Assembly: GCA_965238045.1 (NCBI GenBank) | Contig: CBDEGU010000007.1 | Coordinates: 67,271-131,270 of the forward strand | DNA: 64,000 nucleotides | Source of the DNA: Bryobacterales bacterium | GTDB taxonomy: Bacteria; Acidobacteriota; Terriglobia; Bryobacterales; UBA6623 | Reading direction: 5' to 3' | Shown: piece after piece, positions 55,287 to 64,000 of the stretch | Position numbering within the stretch: the stretch's first letter is position 1 | Layout of the letters: each line of letters starts with the position of its first letter | Program-made: the position numbers and the translations under genes | Notes under the pieces: model-generated | What the model was told of the DNA's origin: nothing | Database searches by the model: none | The model's input: only the letters and a program-made list of their open reading frames with translations

Positions 55287-56906
55287 CTACGGTTCCACGC
55301 AGGTGAAGCTAGCGGCGTCGTTGGGATCGCCCGAACCGTTGTACCGCGCTACCCGCGGATAAGGGCACAGGGGTCTGGTGAGTTCGACATGGCCCGCCAC
55401 GACACGGGCCGCGTCCATGCGTTCGGGCGTCTCGCCGGCTTCAACCCAATTCACGAGGCGCGTGAAGGCGTCGAATTGGTCGACACCGAGGCCGCCGCGG
55501 CAGTGGAACATGCCGGGAACCATGTACAGGCGGAAGAAATCGCGTGTTTCCGGACCCGTCGTCTTCATCACGTCCTCGTAGTAGTTGACGGCCATCATCG
55601 GGTTGAGGGCGGCATCGGCCCAGCCAAAATACATCAGCATCTTGCCGCCGCTGTCGCGAAAACCGCTCAGGTCGGGCTGGACGGCGTCGAGGATCGAGCG
55701 AATGAAGCTCATGCGTTGCGGATCGTTATCGAAATCGAAGTTGCCCCAATCGAACTCCGGCTCGTCGGGCCGAAAAGCCATGTTGCGCAGGAAGGTCTCG
55801 GCGAAGACCTGCTGGACGGGGCGGCCGCTCTCATGGACGATCCAGCGATCCCAGCCGCTTGAACGGCGCGGCCCGCTGGGCGGGGCCGACTCGGCGCCGA
55901 GTGGCTGGCCGGGGAAAAGAGTCTCCCCGCCAGCAGTCACATCAGCGTATATCTTCGCCAGGGCGGAGATTTCGGCCAGCGTGAAACAGTCGCCCGCGGC
56001 GGCGCCCTCACATCGGGGCAGGTGCTCGGAGGGGTCGAAGTCGCAGGCTCGCGGATCTTCGATCAGCCCGTCTTCGAGGCCGTCGATCTTGTCGCAACGC
56101 GCATAGACCTTTTCGCCGAGCAGGTCGACTTTGGCGATCGAGAGCGGCGCCTCCGCCAGCGCTTGCTGAACCCAGATATAACCGATCATCGTGCGGCTGA
56201 AGTCGAGCACCGGCGCCCCGGCGAGGATTCCGTCGAAGTCCTCGGGAAAGCGCTGCGCGGACATCAGGCCTTGGCGGCCGCCGGTGGAACAGCCGTCCCA
56301 GTAGGAGTAATGCGCCGCGCCGCCGTAGTAGGCCGCGATCATTTTCTTGGCGGTTTGAACGGTGAGATGGACGGCGCGAAAACTATAGTCGATCTCCTTT
56401 TGCAAGTTGTTGAGAGCGAAGCTTCCCAGCGGCTCGACGCGGCGGTCGTGGCCCGTGTCGGTGTAGGTGGTCGCGAAGCCGCGGGAGAGGGCGTGCCGCG
56501 AAGCGCGGATGCGGTTTGGGGCGTCCGGCGAGGTGCCGGCATACCCTCCGTTGCCGTACATGTAGAGGCGCCGATTCCAAGCGGTGGGCAGGTCCACGGA
56601 AAACCGAATCTGAGGCGGGATCACGCCGAGCACGCGGCAGTGCTCCGGCGCATCTTCGGATGCTTCCATCAGGGTTGCCGAGATGATCGAATAGGCAGTT
56701 CCGGTGAGGGAAACGAGTCCTGGGCAAGCGGCCCTCGGGCGGGCCGTCATCTGGGTGTAGGGGACGGTGGAGTGATCGGCGTCCGCGAAGCTGCGCCCTC
56801 CCTGGGCGGCGGCGGACTGCGCGCCGAGGACGAGCGCGGCGGCAAGAACAATCGAGGGACCGCTGCGGCCGTGGTTCATGATGAGGACTAGTTTGGCAGA
56901 AAGCAC
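55287..56906 (-). CDS. tannase/feruloyl esterase family alpha/beta hydrolase
   Basis: YSYWDGCSTGGRQGLMSAQRFPEDFDGILAGAP (GCSTG nucleophile elbow). A signal peptide is present. An alternative start is Met10 (56879). Confidence 0.85.
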   Translation of the reverse strand: MLSAKLVLIMNHGRSGPSIVLAAALVLGAQSAAAQGGRSFADADHSTVPYTQMTARPRAACPGLVSLTGTAYSIISATLMEASEDAPEHCRVLGVIPPQIRFSVDLPTAWNRRLYMYGNGGYAGTSPDAPNRIRASRHALSRGFATTYTDTGHDRRVEPLGSFALNNLQKEIDYSFRAVHLTVQTAKKMIAAYYGGAAHYSYWDGCSTGGRQGLMSAQRFPEDFDGILAGAPVLDFSRTMIGYIWVQQALAEAPLSIAKVDLLGEKVYARCDKIDGLEDGLIEDPRACDFDPSEHLPRCEGAAAGDCFTLAEISALAKIYADVTAGGETLFPGQPLGAESAPPSGPRRSSGWDRWIVHESGRPVQQVFAETFLRNMAFRPDEPEFDWGNFDFDNDPQRMSFIRSILDAVQPDLSGFRDSGGKMLMYFGWADAALNPMMAVNYYEDVMKTTGPETRDFFRLYMVPGMFHCRGGLGVDQFDAFTRLVNWVEAGETPERMDAARVVAGHVELTRPLCPYPRVARYNGSGDPNDAASFTCVEP

Positions 56907-57002
56907 GGCGGGGTGTGTACTCCGGCCAAGGCTTCGATATGCGCCTCAACGGCGTGGATCACCAGCCGGGGGAAGTGCCAGCATTCCAGCCGAGGCCGGT
57001 TC

Positions 57003-57983
57003 TCAACGGCCGACGTGGCTAAAGCCTTGGCTGATTTCCGCGGGGATAGCGGCTATGCTTTTTTGATGCGGCGGTATGGACGATTGATAGCGGAGGTCGG
57101 GCGACCTCAGTTTGTACCCCAGCGGGTCTCCACTGAGAACGACTTCAAAGAACTCATACGAGTTTGGGAAAACGCTCCGCATTTCGCCTTCGTCTTGAAA
57201 CAACTCTGGAACGTCTGGCAAACCCGTGAACTCAAAAATGATCACCGGACGATTGCGGTTCAGCACGTCTTTGAGGCCTCTCAAGGCTAGTTTTTCGTAG
57301 CCTTCGATGTCCACCTTCATCAGACCGACCCCAGAGATGCCCATCTTCTCAAAATAGGTATCGCCCTTCATGATCTTCAGCTTCAAGGCCGCGGAGCCCT
57401 GGTTCTCACCTGCCTCGAGCACGAACGAACCGGCTCCTAAATTATCCCGGCTAGGCTCTTGAAAAGGAAGCTCCGCATCTCGCTCTCCTAGCCCCACCGG
57501 ATGAATCACGATATTCGTAATTTCACTGGCTGCTACGGATTTCTTAAATCGCTCAAGGACGGGCACATAGGGGTCAAATGCGTGGACGGCATCCGCGTGT
57601 TTCGACATGTACAGACTATGCAACCCTGAGTTCGCGCCCACGTCGACGAAAACCAGATGGTCTCTATCTAAGATTTCAGCCGAGTGTTTCAGAAACGCGA
57701 GTTCCGCGGGCTCCCAGCTTCCGTAACAGAGGAGATATATGTCGGTCAATGACGACGTATCGCCGTAGTATGTCGTCCCAAAGTAGTCAATGGTAAACAT
57801 TCGACCGGGCGCGATCGTACAATCGGGACTTGGCGTAACCCAGCGACCGACAAGCGCACTGGCAAAAACCGCTCTCGCCTGAGGAAGACTCAGCAACCAG
57901 TACGCGCCGGAGGCCAAGACGAGAAGAACGCCGATCGCCAGAATATTCTGTGCCAGTCGTTTCATTGCAGCCCTCTTGACCAC
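57003..57983 (-). CDS. FkbM family methyltransferase with an N-terminal membrane anchor
   Basis: VFVDVGANSGLHSLYMSK and MKVDIEGYEKLAL. G+C is visibly lower than in the neighbours. Confidence 0.8.
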   Translation of the reverse strand: MVKRAAMKRLAQNILAIGVLLVLASGAYWLLSLPQARAVFASALVGRWVTPSPDCTIAPGRMFTIDYFGTTYYGDTSSLTDIYLLCYGSWEPAELAFLKHSAEILDRDHLVFVDVGANSGLHSLYMSKHADAVHAFDPYVPVLERFKKSVAASEITNIVIHPVGLGERDAELPFQEPSRDNLGAGSFVLEAGENQGSAALKLKIMKGDTYFEKMGISGVGLMKVDIEGYEKLALRGLKDVLNRNRPVIIFEFTGLPDVPELFQDEGEMRSVFPNSYEFFEVVLSGDPLGYKLRSPDLRYQSSIPPHQKSIAAIPAEISQGFSHVGR

Positions 57984-58190
57984 GCCCGATGGCAGGCTAT
58001 CGGCCGGCCAAAACCATGCGCGGTATGGCCCAGCTTAAACTGTTGGAAAGGGGGAGGTCTACCCGGGTTTGAGTTGCGGCCTTCCTGGCGCGGAACAGGA
58101 CCGGTTGTCTCTCAGCCTGTCAACCCGCATTTCTCACCACACTTGTATGTGGCAAGGCAGGGATAAGAGGTGAGCGAGAATCGAGGGCTC

Positions 58191-59381
58191 TCATTCAGCT
58201 TGATGCCGGCGGGCTAGTTTGTCGTTGAGGGTGACGCCGAAGCCGGGACGCTCCGAGAGGGTGAGATATCCTTTGTCGATGGCCTCGGGCGGGTCGAGCA
58301 GCTCGGCTCGCCAGGGTACTTCGCCATGGGAAAACTCGAGAATCTGAAAGTTGGGGAGTCCGGCGCAGACCTGGGCCGCCGCAACGTTGCCGACCGGACT
58401 GGCCGGGCCATGGGGCGAGCAAGGAAGGCCGGCGGCTTCGGCCATGGCCGAGATTTTTTTGAGTTCGAGCATGCCGCCGCAATACTTCACATCGGGCATC
58501 AGAATGTCGGCGGCGCGGGCCTCGATGTAGCGCAAATTCTCCTCAACGCCGAAGAGGGATTCGCCCCCCGCGGTGGGAGCTTTGGCCTCGCGGTTGATGG
58601 CGGCCAGATCGCCGGGCGATTTTGAAACCTCTTCCAGCCAGAACAGATCCAGCGGCTCCATGCGGCGGGCGAGGTCGAGTCCGCCTGCGAGATCAAAATT
58701 ACTGTGCGCGTCGATTAGCAAATCGCCACTCGGACCGAGAACTTCGCGGACGGCCCGGGCGCAGTCGATCCCTAGCTGGGTGTGGGCCTTGCGGCCGGCG
58801 GCGGTGGTCATCCGGTTCATGCCGTCGAACGGGGCGAGCTTAATGGCGTCGAATCCGGCGGCGGCGGCGCTGCGTGCCATGGCGGCGAAACCTTCAGGGG
58901 TGCGCTGCTCGGTGGACCGGTTGATGTTGGCGTAGTTGCGAATCTTGTCGCGCAGCTTGCCGCCGAAGAGCTGATAGGTTGGCACGCCGGCGACTTGGCC
59001 TTGCAAGTCGTAGAGGGCCTGTTCGATGGCGCTGAAGGCGCAGGAGGCCGAGCGGCGGTGGGCGGCGTGCTCGGGCCAGACCGATTGACGCAGCCACTCG
59101 ATGTCGTAGATCGAGCGGCCTTGGATTCGCTCGAAGTATTCTTGGAGCTTGATGACCTGCGGATCGTCTTTGCCGGCGTGGGAGGCGTCGCCGATGCCGG
59201 TCAGCCCGGCGCTGGTCTGAAGACGCGCCAGGACCCAATTGCCGCGCCGGTTGACGCGCACGCGAATGATTTCGAGGCCCGTGACGAGGACCCTGGCGGC
59301 ATGGCGGTCAGGCGGTGTGCCTGCGCCGCACGCGGTGAGGACAGCCGTGCTGGAGAGTAGAAATTGGCGGCGCGGCATCAC
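58191..59381 (-). CDS. enolase-superfamily enzyme (dehydratase-like) with a Tat/lipoprotein signal
   Basis: MMPRRQFLLSSTAVLTACGAG, with metal-ligand contexts LIDAHSNF, FWLEEV and TAGGES. Confidence 0.8.
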   Translation of the reverse strand: MMPRRQFLLSSTAVLTACGAGTPPDRHAARVLVTGLEIIRVRVNRRGNWVLARLQTSAGLTGIGDASHAGKDDPQVIKLQEYFERIQGRSIYDIEWLRQSVWPEHAAHRRSASCAFSAIEQALYDLQGQVAGVPTYQLFGGKLRDKIRNYANINRSTEQRTPEGFAAMARSAAAAGFDAIKLAPFDGMNRMTTAAGRKAHTQLGIDCARAVREVLGPSGDLLIDAHSNFDLAGGLDLARRMEPLDLFWLEEVSKSPGDLAAINREAKAPTAGGESLFGVEENLRYIEARAADILMPDVKYCGGMLELKKISAMAEAAGLPCSPHGPASPVGNVAAAQVCAGLPNFQILEFSHGEVPWRAELLDPPEAIDKGYLTLSERPGFGVTLNDKLARRHQAE

Positions 59382-59450
59382 AGGGAGATTGTACTGCTTC
59401 GAGGCGTGCGGTGGGAAGCAACGGTCGCTCGTGCCGGCGCTCCGGTCTGG

Positions 59451-61361
59451 CTAACGCGCCGGGATCACCGGCACCAGAATGTGCGACGGTCTGGCGCGGT
59501 CGTGATAGATCGTATTGAGGGCTTCGATTCGGCGGCGGTGATCGTTCAAGGGCTCGCCGGTATTGGGATTCACATCGAAGCGCGGGAAGTTGCTGCTTGA
59601 GATATCTACCCGCAGGCGGTGTCCTTTTTGAAAAATATTCGATGTGGGATAGAAGTGGATCGTGAACTGGTGGACGGTTCCCGGCTCCATGAGTTTTTCT
59701 TCGTTGATCGAATCGCGGAAGCGGGCGCGGAGGATGCCGTCGCCGATGTTCATATCGAAGCCGCCGGGATAGTCCTGGTTGGGCGGATGAACGTCGATGA
59801 GTTTGGCCGTGAAATCGGTATCCACCGCCGAGGAAGACGCCCAAAGCTCGACCTGCAATTCGCCGGTCACCTCGAGGTCCTGGGTCAGAGGCGCGGACTG
59901 GAACACGACGACGTCATTGCGCGCCGATAGCGGAAGGGGCGTCTGTGCGTTCCAGACGTGCGGCCCGCCTTTCTGGTCCCAGGCGCCCTGCAAGAGGATC
60001 CCCGTGTTTGAGGACGTATTGCCCCCGATGGTCGGAACCGGGTTTCGCGGATCGAATAGATAGGTTGTCGAGTGCTTGCCGGCGGCGGGCGGTGTCGGCG
60101 ACAAGATTCCGTCCCCGTGCAGGTAGTACTTGGTGTATTGCGTGCGCGCCAGCGGCCACTCGTTTTCCTCGCGCCAGGAACCGCCGTGATTCTTGAAGCC
60201 GCGTTCGTCTTTGCGCTCGTCGCCTCCGCCCATGACGAAGATACGGACCTTGGTTTTGAAAGGCGCGCTCTTGCCCACTGCGTTGTCCTTGCCTTTGAGC
60301 CAGTGGTCGTACCACTGGAGGCGCCAGGCCAGCGGGTCGGCGATGGGGGCTTGGGGGCCGAAGCTGACCTGTCCGTGGGCGGACTCGCCCTGGCGGCCGT
60401 GAATCCAGGGCCCCATGATGAGGTAGACCGGTTGGGTGAGCTTCGAGCTCAGTACGCGATAGTTCGCTGTGGTGTTGCTGGCCCAGGAATCGTACCAACC
60501 GCCGACCAAGTAGACGGGGATGTCCTTGTAGCGCTGGGGAAAGTCGATGATATTGTTTTGCTCCCAGAAGGGACCATTCGCGCCGTTCTTCATGCCGTCG
60601 ACGAGCCAGTCTTCGTATTCGGGAATGAGCTTCAGGGGTGTCGTGCCGCGGCGGAGGGGGAGCTGGAGCAGGTAATCGCGGCGGTTCTCCATCATCTCGC
60701 GCAGTACGGCGGCGGTGGCCCGATCGCGGCTCTGCCTGCTGCCTCGCGGACCGGCGATGGAGTAGATCCAGTTCCAGAAGCGCAACTCGAACGCGCCACC
60801 GTTGCGCATGCTGGCATAGCCGAGGTTCGACATCGCGTCGACGGGGATGACGGTGACGAGATTCGGCGGTTGGGCCATCGCCATGGCGTGCTGGGTGCCA
60901 CCGACGTAGGAGGTGCCGATCATGCCGATCTTGCCGTTGGACCAGGACTGGCGGCCGATCCAGCCGGCGAGGTCGAAACCGTCGCGGCCGCCGTCGTTGA
61001 GCATGTGCCAGACACCTTCGGATTTGTAGCGTCCGCGAGTGTCCTGGGCGACGAAGGCGTAGCCGTGAGAGGCGTAGTAGCGGCCTAGCTTCGCCGTGCC
61101 CGAAGTATCTTTGCTGTAAGGCGTGCGGGTCAGAATGACCGGGAACTTGCCATCGACAAGCGCGCCGTCGCTGGCCGGCAGATAAACGTCGGTAGCGAGC
61201 CTGACGCCATCGCGCATCGGCGCCATGACGTCCTTGATTACGATGAAGCCGAAAGGGCCGCGGCTGTCGGCAAGGCCCGAGGAAGGGGCAAGCGCGGTGA
61301 GAAGGATCAGGAGGAGCAGGAATGGGCGGACTGGAAAATATCTTGCCCGATGATTTGACAT
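59451..61361 (-). CDS. CocE/NonD family hydrolase (S15 X-Pro dipeptidyl-peptidase-like)
   Basis: PVILTRTPYSKD, the GxSYxG serine motif (GMIGTSYVGGTQ) and a C-terminal beta-sandwich. Start taken at MSNHRARYF. Confidence 0.85.
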   Translation of the reverse strand: MSNHRARYFPVRPFLLLLILLTALAPSSGLADSRGPFGFIVIKDVMAPMRDGVRLATDVYLPASDGALVDGKFPVILTRTPYSKDTSGTAKLGRYYASHGYAFVAQDTRGRYKSEGVWHMLNDGGRDGFDLAGWIGRQSWSNGKIGMIGTSYVGGTQHAMAMAQPPNLVTVIPVDAMSNLGYASMRNGGAFELRFWNWIYSIAGPRGSRQSRDRATAAVLREMMENRRDYLLQLPLRRGTTPLKLIPEYEDWLVDGMKNGANGPFWEQNNIIDFPQRYKDIPVYLVGGWYDSWASNTTANYRVLSSKLTQPVYLIMGPWIHGRQGESAHGQVSFGPQAPIADPLAWRLQWYDHWLKGKDNAVGKSAPFKTKVRIFVMGGGDERKDERGFKNHGGSWREENEWPLARTQYTKYYLHGDGILSPTPPAAGKHSTTYLFDPRNPVPTIGGNTSSNTGILLQGAWDQKGGPHVWNAQTPLPLSARNDVVVFQSAPLTQDLEVTGELQVELWASSSAVDTDFTAKLIDVHPPNQDYPGGFDMNIGDGILRARFRDSINEEKLMEPGTVHQFTIHFYPTSNIFQKGHRLRVDISSSNFPRFDVNPNTGEPLNDHRRRIEALNTIYHDRARPSHILVPVIPAR

Positions 61362-61401
61362 ATGGCTCTTGAGTCGCTGACTACAAGGATTATTCCGCGA
61401 T

Positions 61402-62037
61402 CTAGTCACTGCTTCGAGCAGACGCCGACTCATTCGGGCTCCAGAGGGTCTCGGTGGCGCCGAGGACGGCGCATACTTGGCGGCTCCAGACGAAGAACGC
61501 GTCGCTGAGGCGGTTCAGGTAACGGATGGTCTCGGGCGGTACCGGCTCCTGGCGGGATAGGGAGAGGATCAGGCGCTCGGCGCGCCGACAAACGGTGCGG
61601 CAGATGTGGAGGTCGGTATTCAAGCGGCAACCGCCGGGGAGCACGAACGAGGGCAACCGTTCGAGTTGCGCGTTGGCCTGGTCGATTTCGGTTTCGAGTT
61701 GCTCGACATCGGCCGCGGTGACGGTGGGTTGTTTCGGGCCGGCGTCGCCGGGGCTGGCCGCGAGGATGGAGCCGAGGTTGAATAGCTCGTGCTGCACGCG
61801 CAGGAGAATCGCGCCGACGCGGGCGATCTCTCGGTGGCCGGAGGCGAGATCCTGGGCCGAAACACAGGCGGCGCCGATGAAGGCGCTGAGTTCGTCAATG
61901 GTTCCGTAGGCGCAGATGCGGGGATGGTCTTTGGGTATGCGTTTGCCGCCCGCGAGACTGGTCTCTCCGAGATCGCCCCGGCGGGTGTAGATGCGGTTGA
62001 GCGAGAGCTTGGGTTCGTTGAAGGTTTGCCCGGCCAT
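61402..62037 (-). CDS. ATP:cob(I)alamin adenosyltransferase, PduO type
   Basis: IYTRRGDLGETSLAGG...YGTIDELSAFIG..., a PduO/MMAB-like helical bundle. Confidence 0.85.
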   Translation of the reverse strand: MAGQTFNEPKLSLNRIYTRRGDLGETSLAGGKRIPKDHPRICAYGTIDELSAFIGAACVSAQDLASGHREIARVGAILLRVQHELFNLGSILAASPGDAGPKQPTVTAADVEQLETEIDQANAQLERLPSFVLPGGCRLNTDLHICRTVCRRAERLILSLSRQEPVPPETIRYLNRLSDAFFVWSRQVCAVLGATETLWSPNESASARSSD

Positions 62038-62162
62038 GGCCTACATTCCTATGGCATACATCATAGTTGTTGGGGCGGGTGTGCGGTAGATATGGTCTTT
62101 GCGAAGATCGGGATTCGGAAGCAACCGGGGGCGGAAGCGGGGCCGGGCGAGGAGGCGGGTTC

Positions 62163-62681
62163 ATGAGGAGTGTGGAATGGATGCGGGTGGCTGTGCTGCT
62201 TGCGGTTACTCTTGCGGGAGCGTGCAGCGGGAAGAGTGGCGCCGAGGCGGAGCGCCGGAGCGCTGACCAAGAGCAAATTCGCCTCGCGGTGGCGCGCGCT
62301 GTCGAGGCGCTCAACGCCGGGGATGTTGAGGCGATGGTGGCGATGCATACCAGCGACGCGGTTGTGCTCAAACCACATGCCCGGCCCGAGAGGGGGCTGG
62401 AGGCGATCGGGGCTTCGCTTGCCGAACTTGCCGGGCGGTTCGAGATTCGAGAGTCGCGGACGATCGAAGAAGTGACCATCGCCGCAGACTGGGCGATCGT
62501 CTGGGGTGAGTATGAAGTCAGGCTCACGCCCCGGCAGGGCGGCGAAGGGATGGGCGAGAGGGGCAAATACCTCGACGTGCTTCGCAAGGAGGATGGCGAG
62601 TGGAAATTCGCCCGCTCGGCGTGGAATACGAGTGAGCCTCGAGCGGGGGCCGGAGAGGGCGGAGAACGGAAGGGATTCTGA
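62163..62681 (+). CDS. SnoaL-like/DUF4440 (NTF2 fold) lipoprotein
   Basis: Lipobox LTLAGAC, and LNAGDVEAMVAMHTSDAVVL...KYLDVLRKEDGEWKFAR. ATG 62163 follows GAGGAGG. Confidence 0.7.
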   Translation: MRSVEWMRVAVLLAVTLAGACSGKSGAEAERRSADQEQIRLAVARAVEALNAGDVEAMVAMHTSDAVVLKPHARPERGLEAIGASLAELAGRFEIRESRTIEEVTIAADWAIVWGEYEVRLTPRQGGEGMGERGKYLDVLRKEDGEWKFARSAWNTSEPRAGAGEGGERKGF

Positions 62682-62770
62682 TACAGTGATGGTTGCTTTT
62701 TCGGGTAGCCCTTTGAGGCAATTCTAAGCTTCGCTGTTTACCCAAGCTTTACCCCAGTTCGGCAACAATT

Positions 62771-63709
62771 ATGAGTCATTCGAAAGAAACACCCCCCGCC
62801 CACCGGCCACCTGAGGCGGGGGGCCAAGTCCCGAGTCCGGCGGCGCCCTTGACGCTGGACGGCTCCGCGGTCTTGCATCAGTTTTTTCGTATCCGCTGGC
62901 GGGCCTGGAAGGCGCTGGCGGCCGAAACGCAAAGCGAGATCGCCGGTGAGGCCGCCGCCGCATTGGCTGAGATGGAAGGTCACCCGGAAGGAGGCAGCGC
63001 GCTCTACGCCGAGCTGGGCCACAAGGGTGACTTGATCTTTCTTCACTTTCGGCGCGAATTTGACGGCATTCATCAGGCGGAGATGGATGTGTCGCAGTTG
63101 CGGCTGAGTGAATTTCTTGAGCCCTCAATGTCGTACGTCTCGGCGGTGGAACTGGGGCTCTACGCGGCCTCGGTGCAATTGTACCGCTCGCTCGAGGAGC
63201 AGGGCGTCGCACCGGGCGGCGAGGAGTGGAAGAAGGCCGAGGCGGAGAAACTCGAAGAACAGCGGCGGGCGATGGCGCCGCGGCTCTGGCCGAAGGTTCC
63301 GCCGTACCGGTATTTGTGTTTCTATCCCATGGACAAGAAGCGCGACGAGGTCAACAACTGGTATACGGTGCCGATCGCCGAGCGGGGCCGCATGATGCGC
63401 GACCACGGGATGATCGGCAGAACCTATGCCGGCAAGGTGAAGCAGATCATCTCCGCATCGATTGGTTTCGACGACTGGGAATGGGGTGTGGACCTGTTTG
63501 CCAACGATCCGCTGGTGTTCAAGCAATTGATCTATGAGATGCGCTTTGACGAAGCAAGCGCGCTGTACGCGTTATTTGGCAAGTTCTACCTGGGATTGCG
63601 GCTGCCCCCTAGCGAACTGGGTGCGTTTCTGAGCGGCAAGACGCCCAGCTACGATCCTCCGGAGATGCCGAAAGGTCCGCCGCCGATGCCACAGGGGCGT
63701 CCGGGCTAG
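62771..63709 (+). CDS. chlorite dismutase family protein (HemQ/coproheme decarboxylase-like)
   Basis: LCFYPMDKKRDEVNNWYTVPIAERGRMMRDHGMIGRTYAGKVKQIISASIGFDDWEWGVDLFANDP is typical of the Cld/HemQ family. Confidence 0.8.
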   Translation: MSHSKETPPAHRPPEAGGQVPSPAAPLTLDGSAVLHQFFRIRWRAWKALAAETQSEIAGEAAAALAEMEGHPEGGSALYAELGHKGDLIFLHFRREFDGIHQAEMDVSQLRLSEFLEPSMSYVSAVELGLYAASVQLYRSLEEQGVAPGGEEWKKAEAEKLEEQRRAMAPRLWPKVPPYRYLCFYPMDKKRDEVNNWYTVPIAERGRMMRDHGMIGRTYAGKVKQIISASIGFDDWEWGVDLFANDPLVFKQLIYEMRFDEASALYALFGKFYLGLRLPPSELGAFLSGKTPSYDPPEMPKGPPPMPQGRPG

Positions 63710-64000
63710 GACCCCGTGGTGCACGAAAAAAGGGTATAGCCATCGAATCTCCCGCTTCACTCGCGGAAGAAACAAATCAGTTCGGCGAGCGAAAATCGGC
63801 GGGCCGTCCCCCTTTTTCTCCTGGGGGGCGGTAACCAAGGAGGCCGATGATTCGCCTCTGTGGCTGGTTCCGTTAATGCGGCGAGTAGACCACTGTCATG
63901 GGCTTGACTCCTAACCCGGTGCTGCCGGATTCGAAACGGCGGCGCGATCCGAGGGAAGGTTCCGGGGAAGGTCCTGGGCCGCCGGGCGTTGACTGGCGAT

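Noticed and set aside
1-64000. Looked for CRISPR arrays, tRNA genes (GGTTCGAATCC-type T-arms) and rRNA
   Set aside because: No regularly spaced repeats and no tRNA- or rRNA-like conserved strings were seen on either strand.
63898-64000. ORF starting at ATG 63898 and running off the window end (MGLTPNPVLPDSKRRRDPREG...)
   Set aside because: It is too short and low-complexity to support, and it is truncated by the window edge.

Overview
High-GC, densely coding chromosomal segment. The genome looks like an Acidobacteria (Solibacter/Bryobacter-like) genome. The basis is three copies of the 'VWFA-related acidobacterial' N-terminal module, one protein with a Solibacter-type C-terminal domain, and many Tat/Sec-exported hydrolases. 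This is recognition from memory, not a database hit. Content left to right: thrC, a sirtuin, a Tat-signal enolase-superfamily enzyme and a sulfatase, then a nitrilase-family hydrolase and two metallophosphoesterases. Next come greA, a CDP-alcohol phosphatidyltransferase and uvrC, followed by an 8.5-kb block of three large secreted proteins (1141 aa orphan, 361 aa VWA, 1329 aa double-VWA/TPR). After that are a PH-like membrane protein, TVP38, GNAT, an OSBS-like enolase and a divergent DHPS-like protein. One IS1182-like element carries a transposase broken by a 7-bp tandem duplication. Then come a PSMA-like M28 peptidase and bioB. A respiratory module follows: Rieske, split cytochrome b, a 1002-aa octaheme cytochrome c, an amicyanin-like cupredoxin lipoprotein, ctaA and ctaB. 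Next are an anti-sigma/ECF-sigma pair (sigma N-terminally truncated) and a DksA/TraR protein. The hisI-D-C-B-H-F-A operon is preceded by what looks like a His-codon leader-peptide attenuator. After it come a Solibacter-C-term protein, ggt, a Spy/CpxP-like protein and a Tat Gfo/Idh/MocA oxidoreductase. A ~1-kb ORF-free, strongly strand-skewed region follows. The window ends with a tannase/feruloyl esterase, a low-GC FkbM methyltransferase, a second Tat enolase, a CocE/NonD hydrolase, a PduO-type adenosyltransferase, a SnoaL-like lipoprotein and a chlorite-dismutase-family (HemQ-like) protein. I saw no rRNA, tRNA or CRISPR array. The observations most worth a second look are the his leader/attenuator, the 54.26-55.29 kb non-coding region with its dispersed 21-nt motif, the secreted VWA/TPR block, the unusual bc-type module, and the promoter-plus-terminator mini-unit upstream of the dksA-like gene. 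All functional calls rest on motif recognition by eye. No searches were run.
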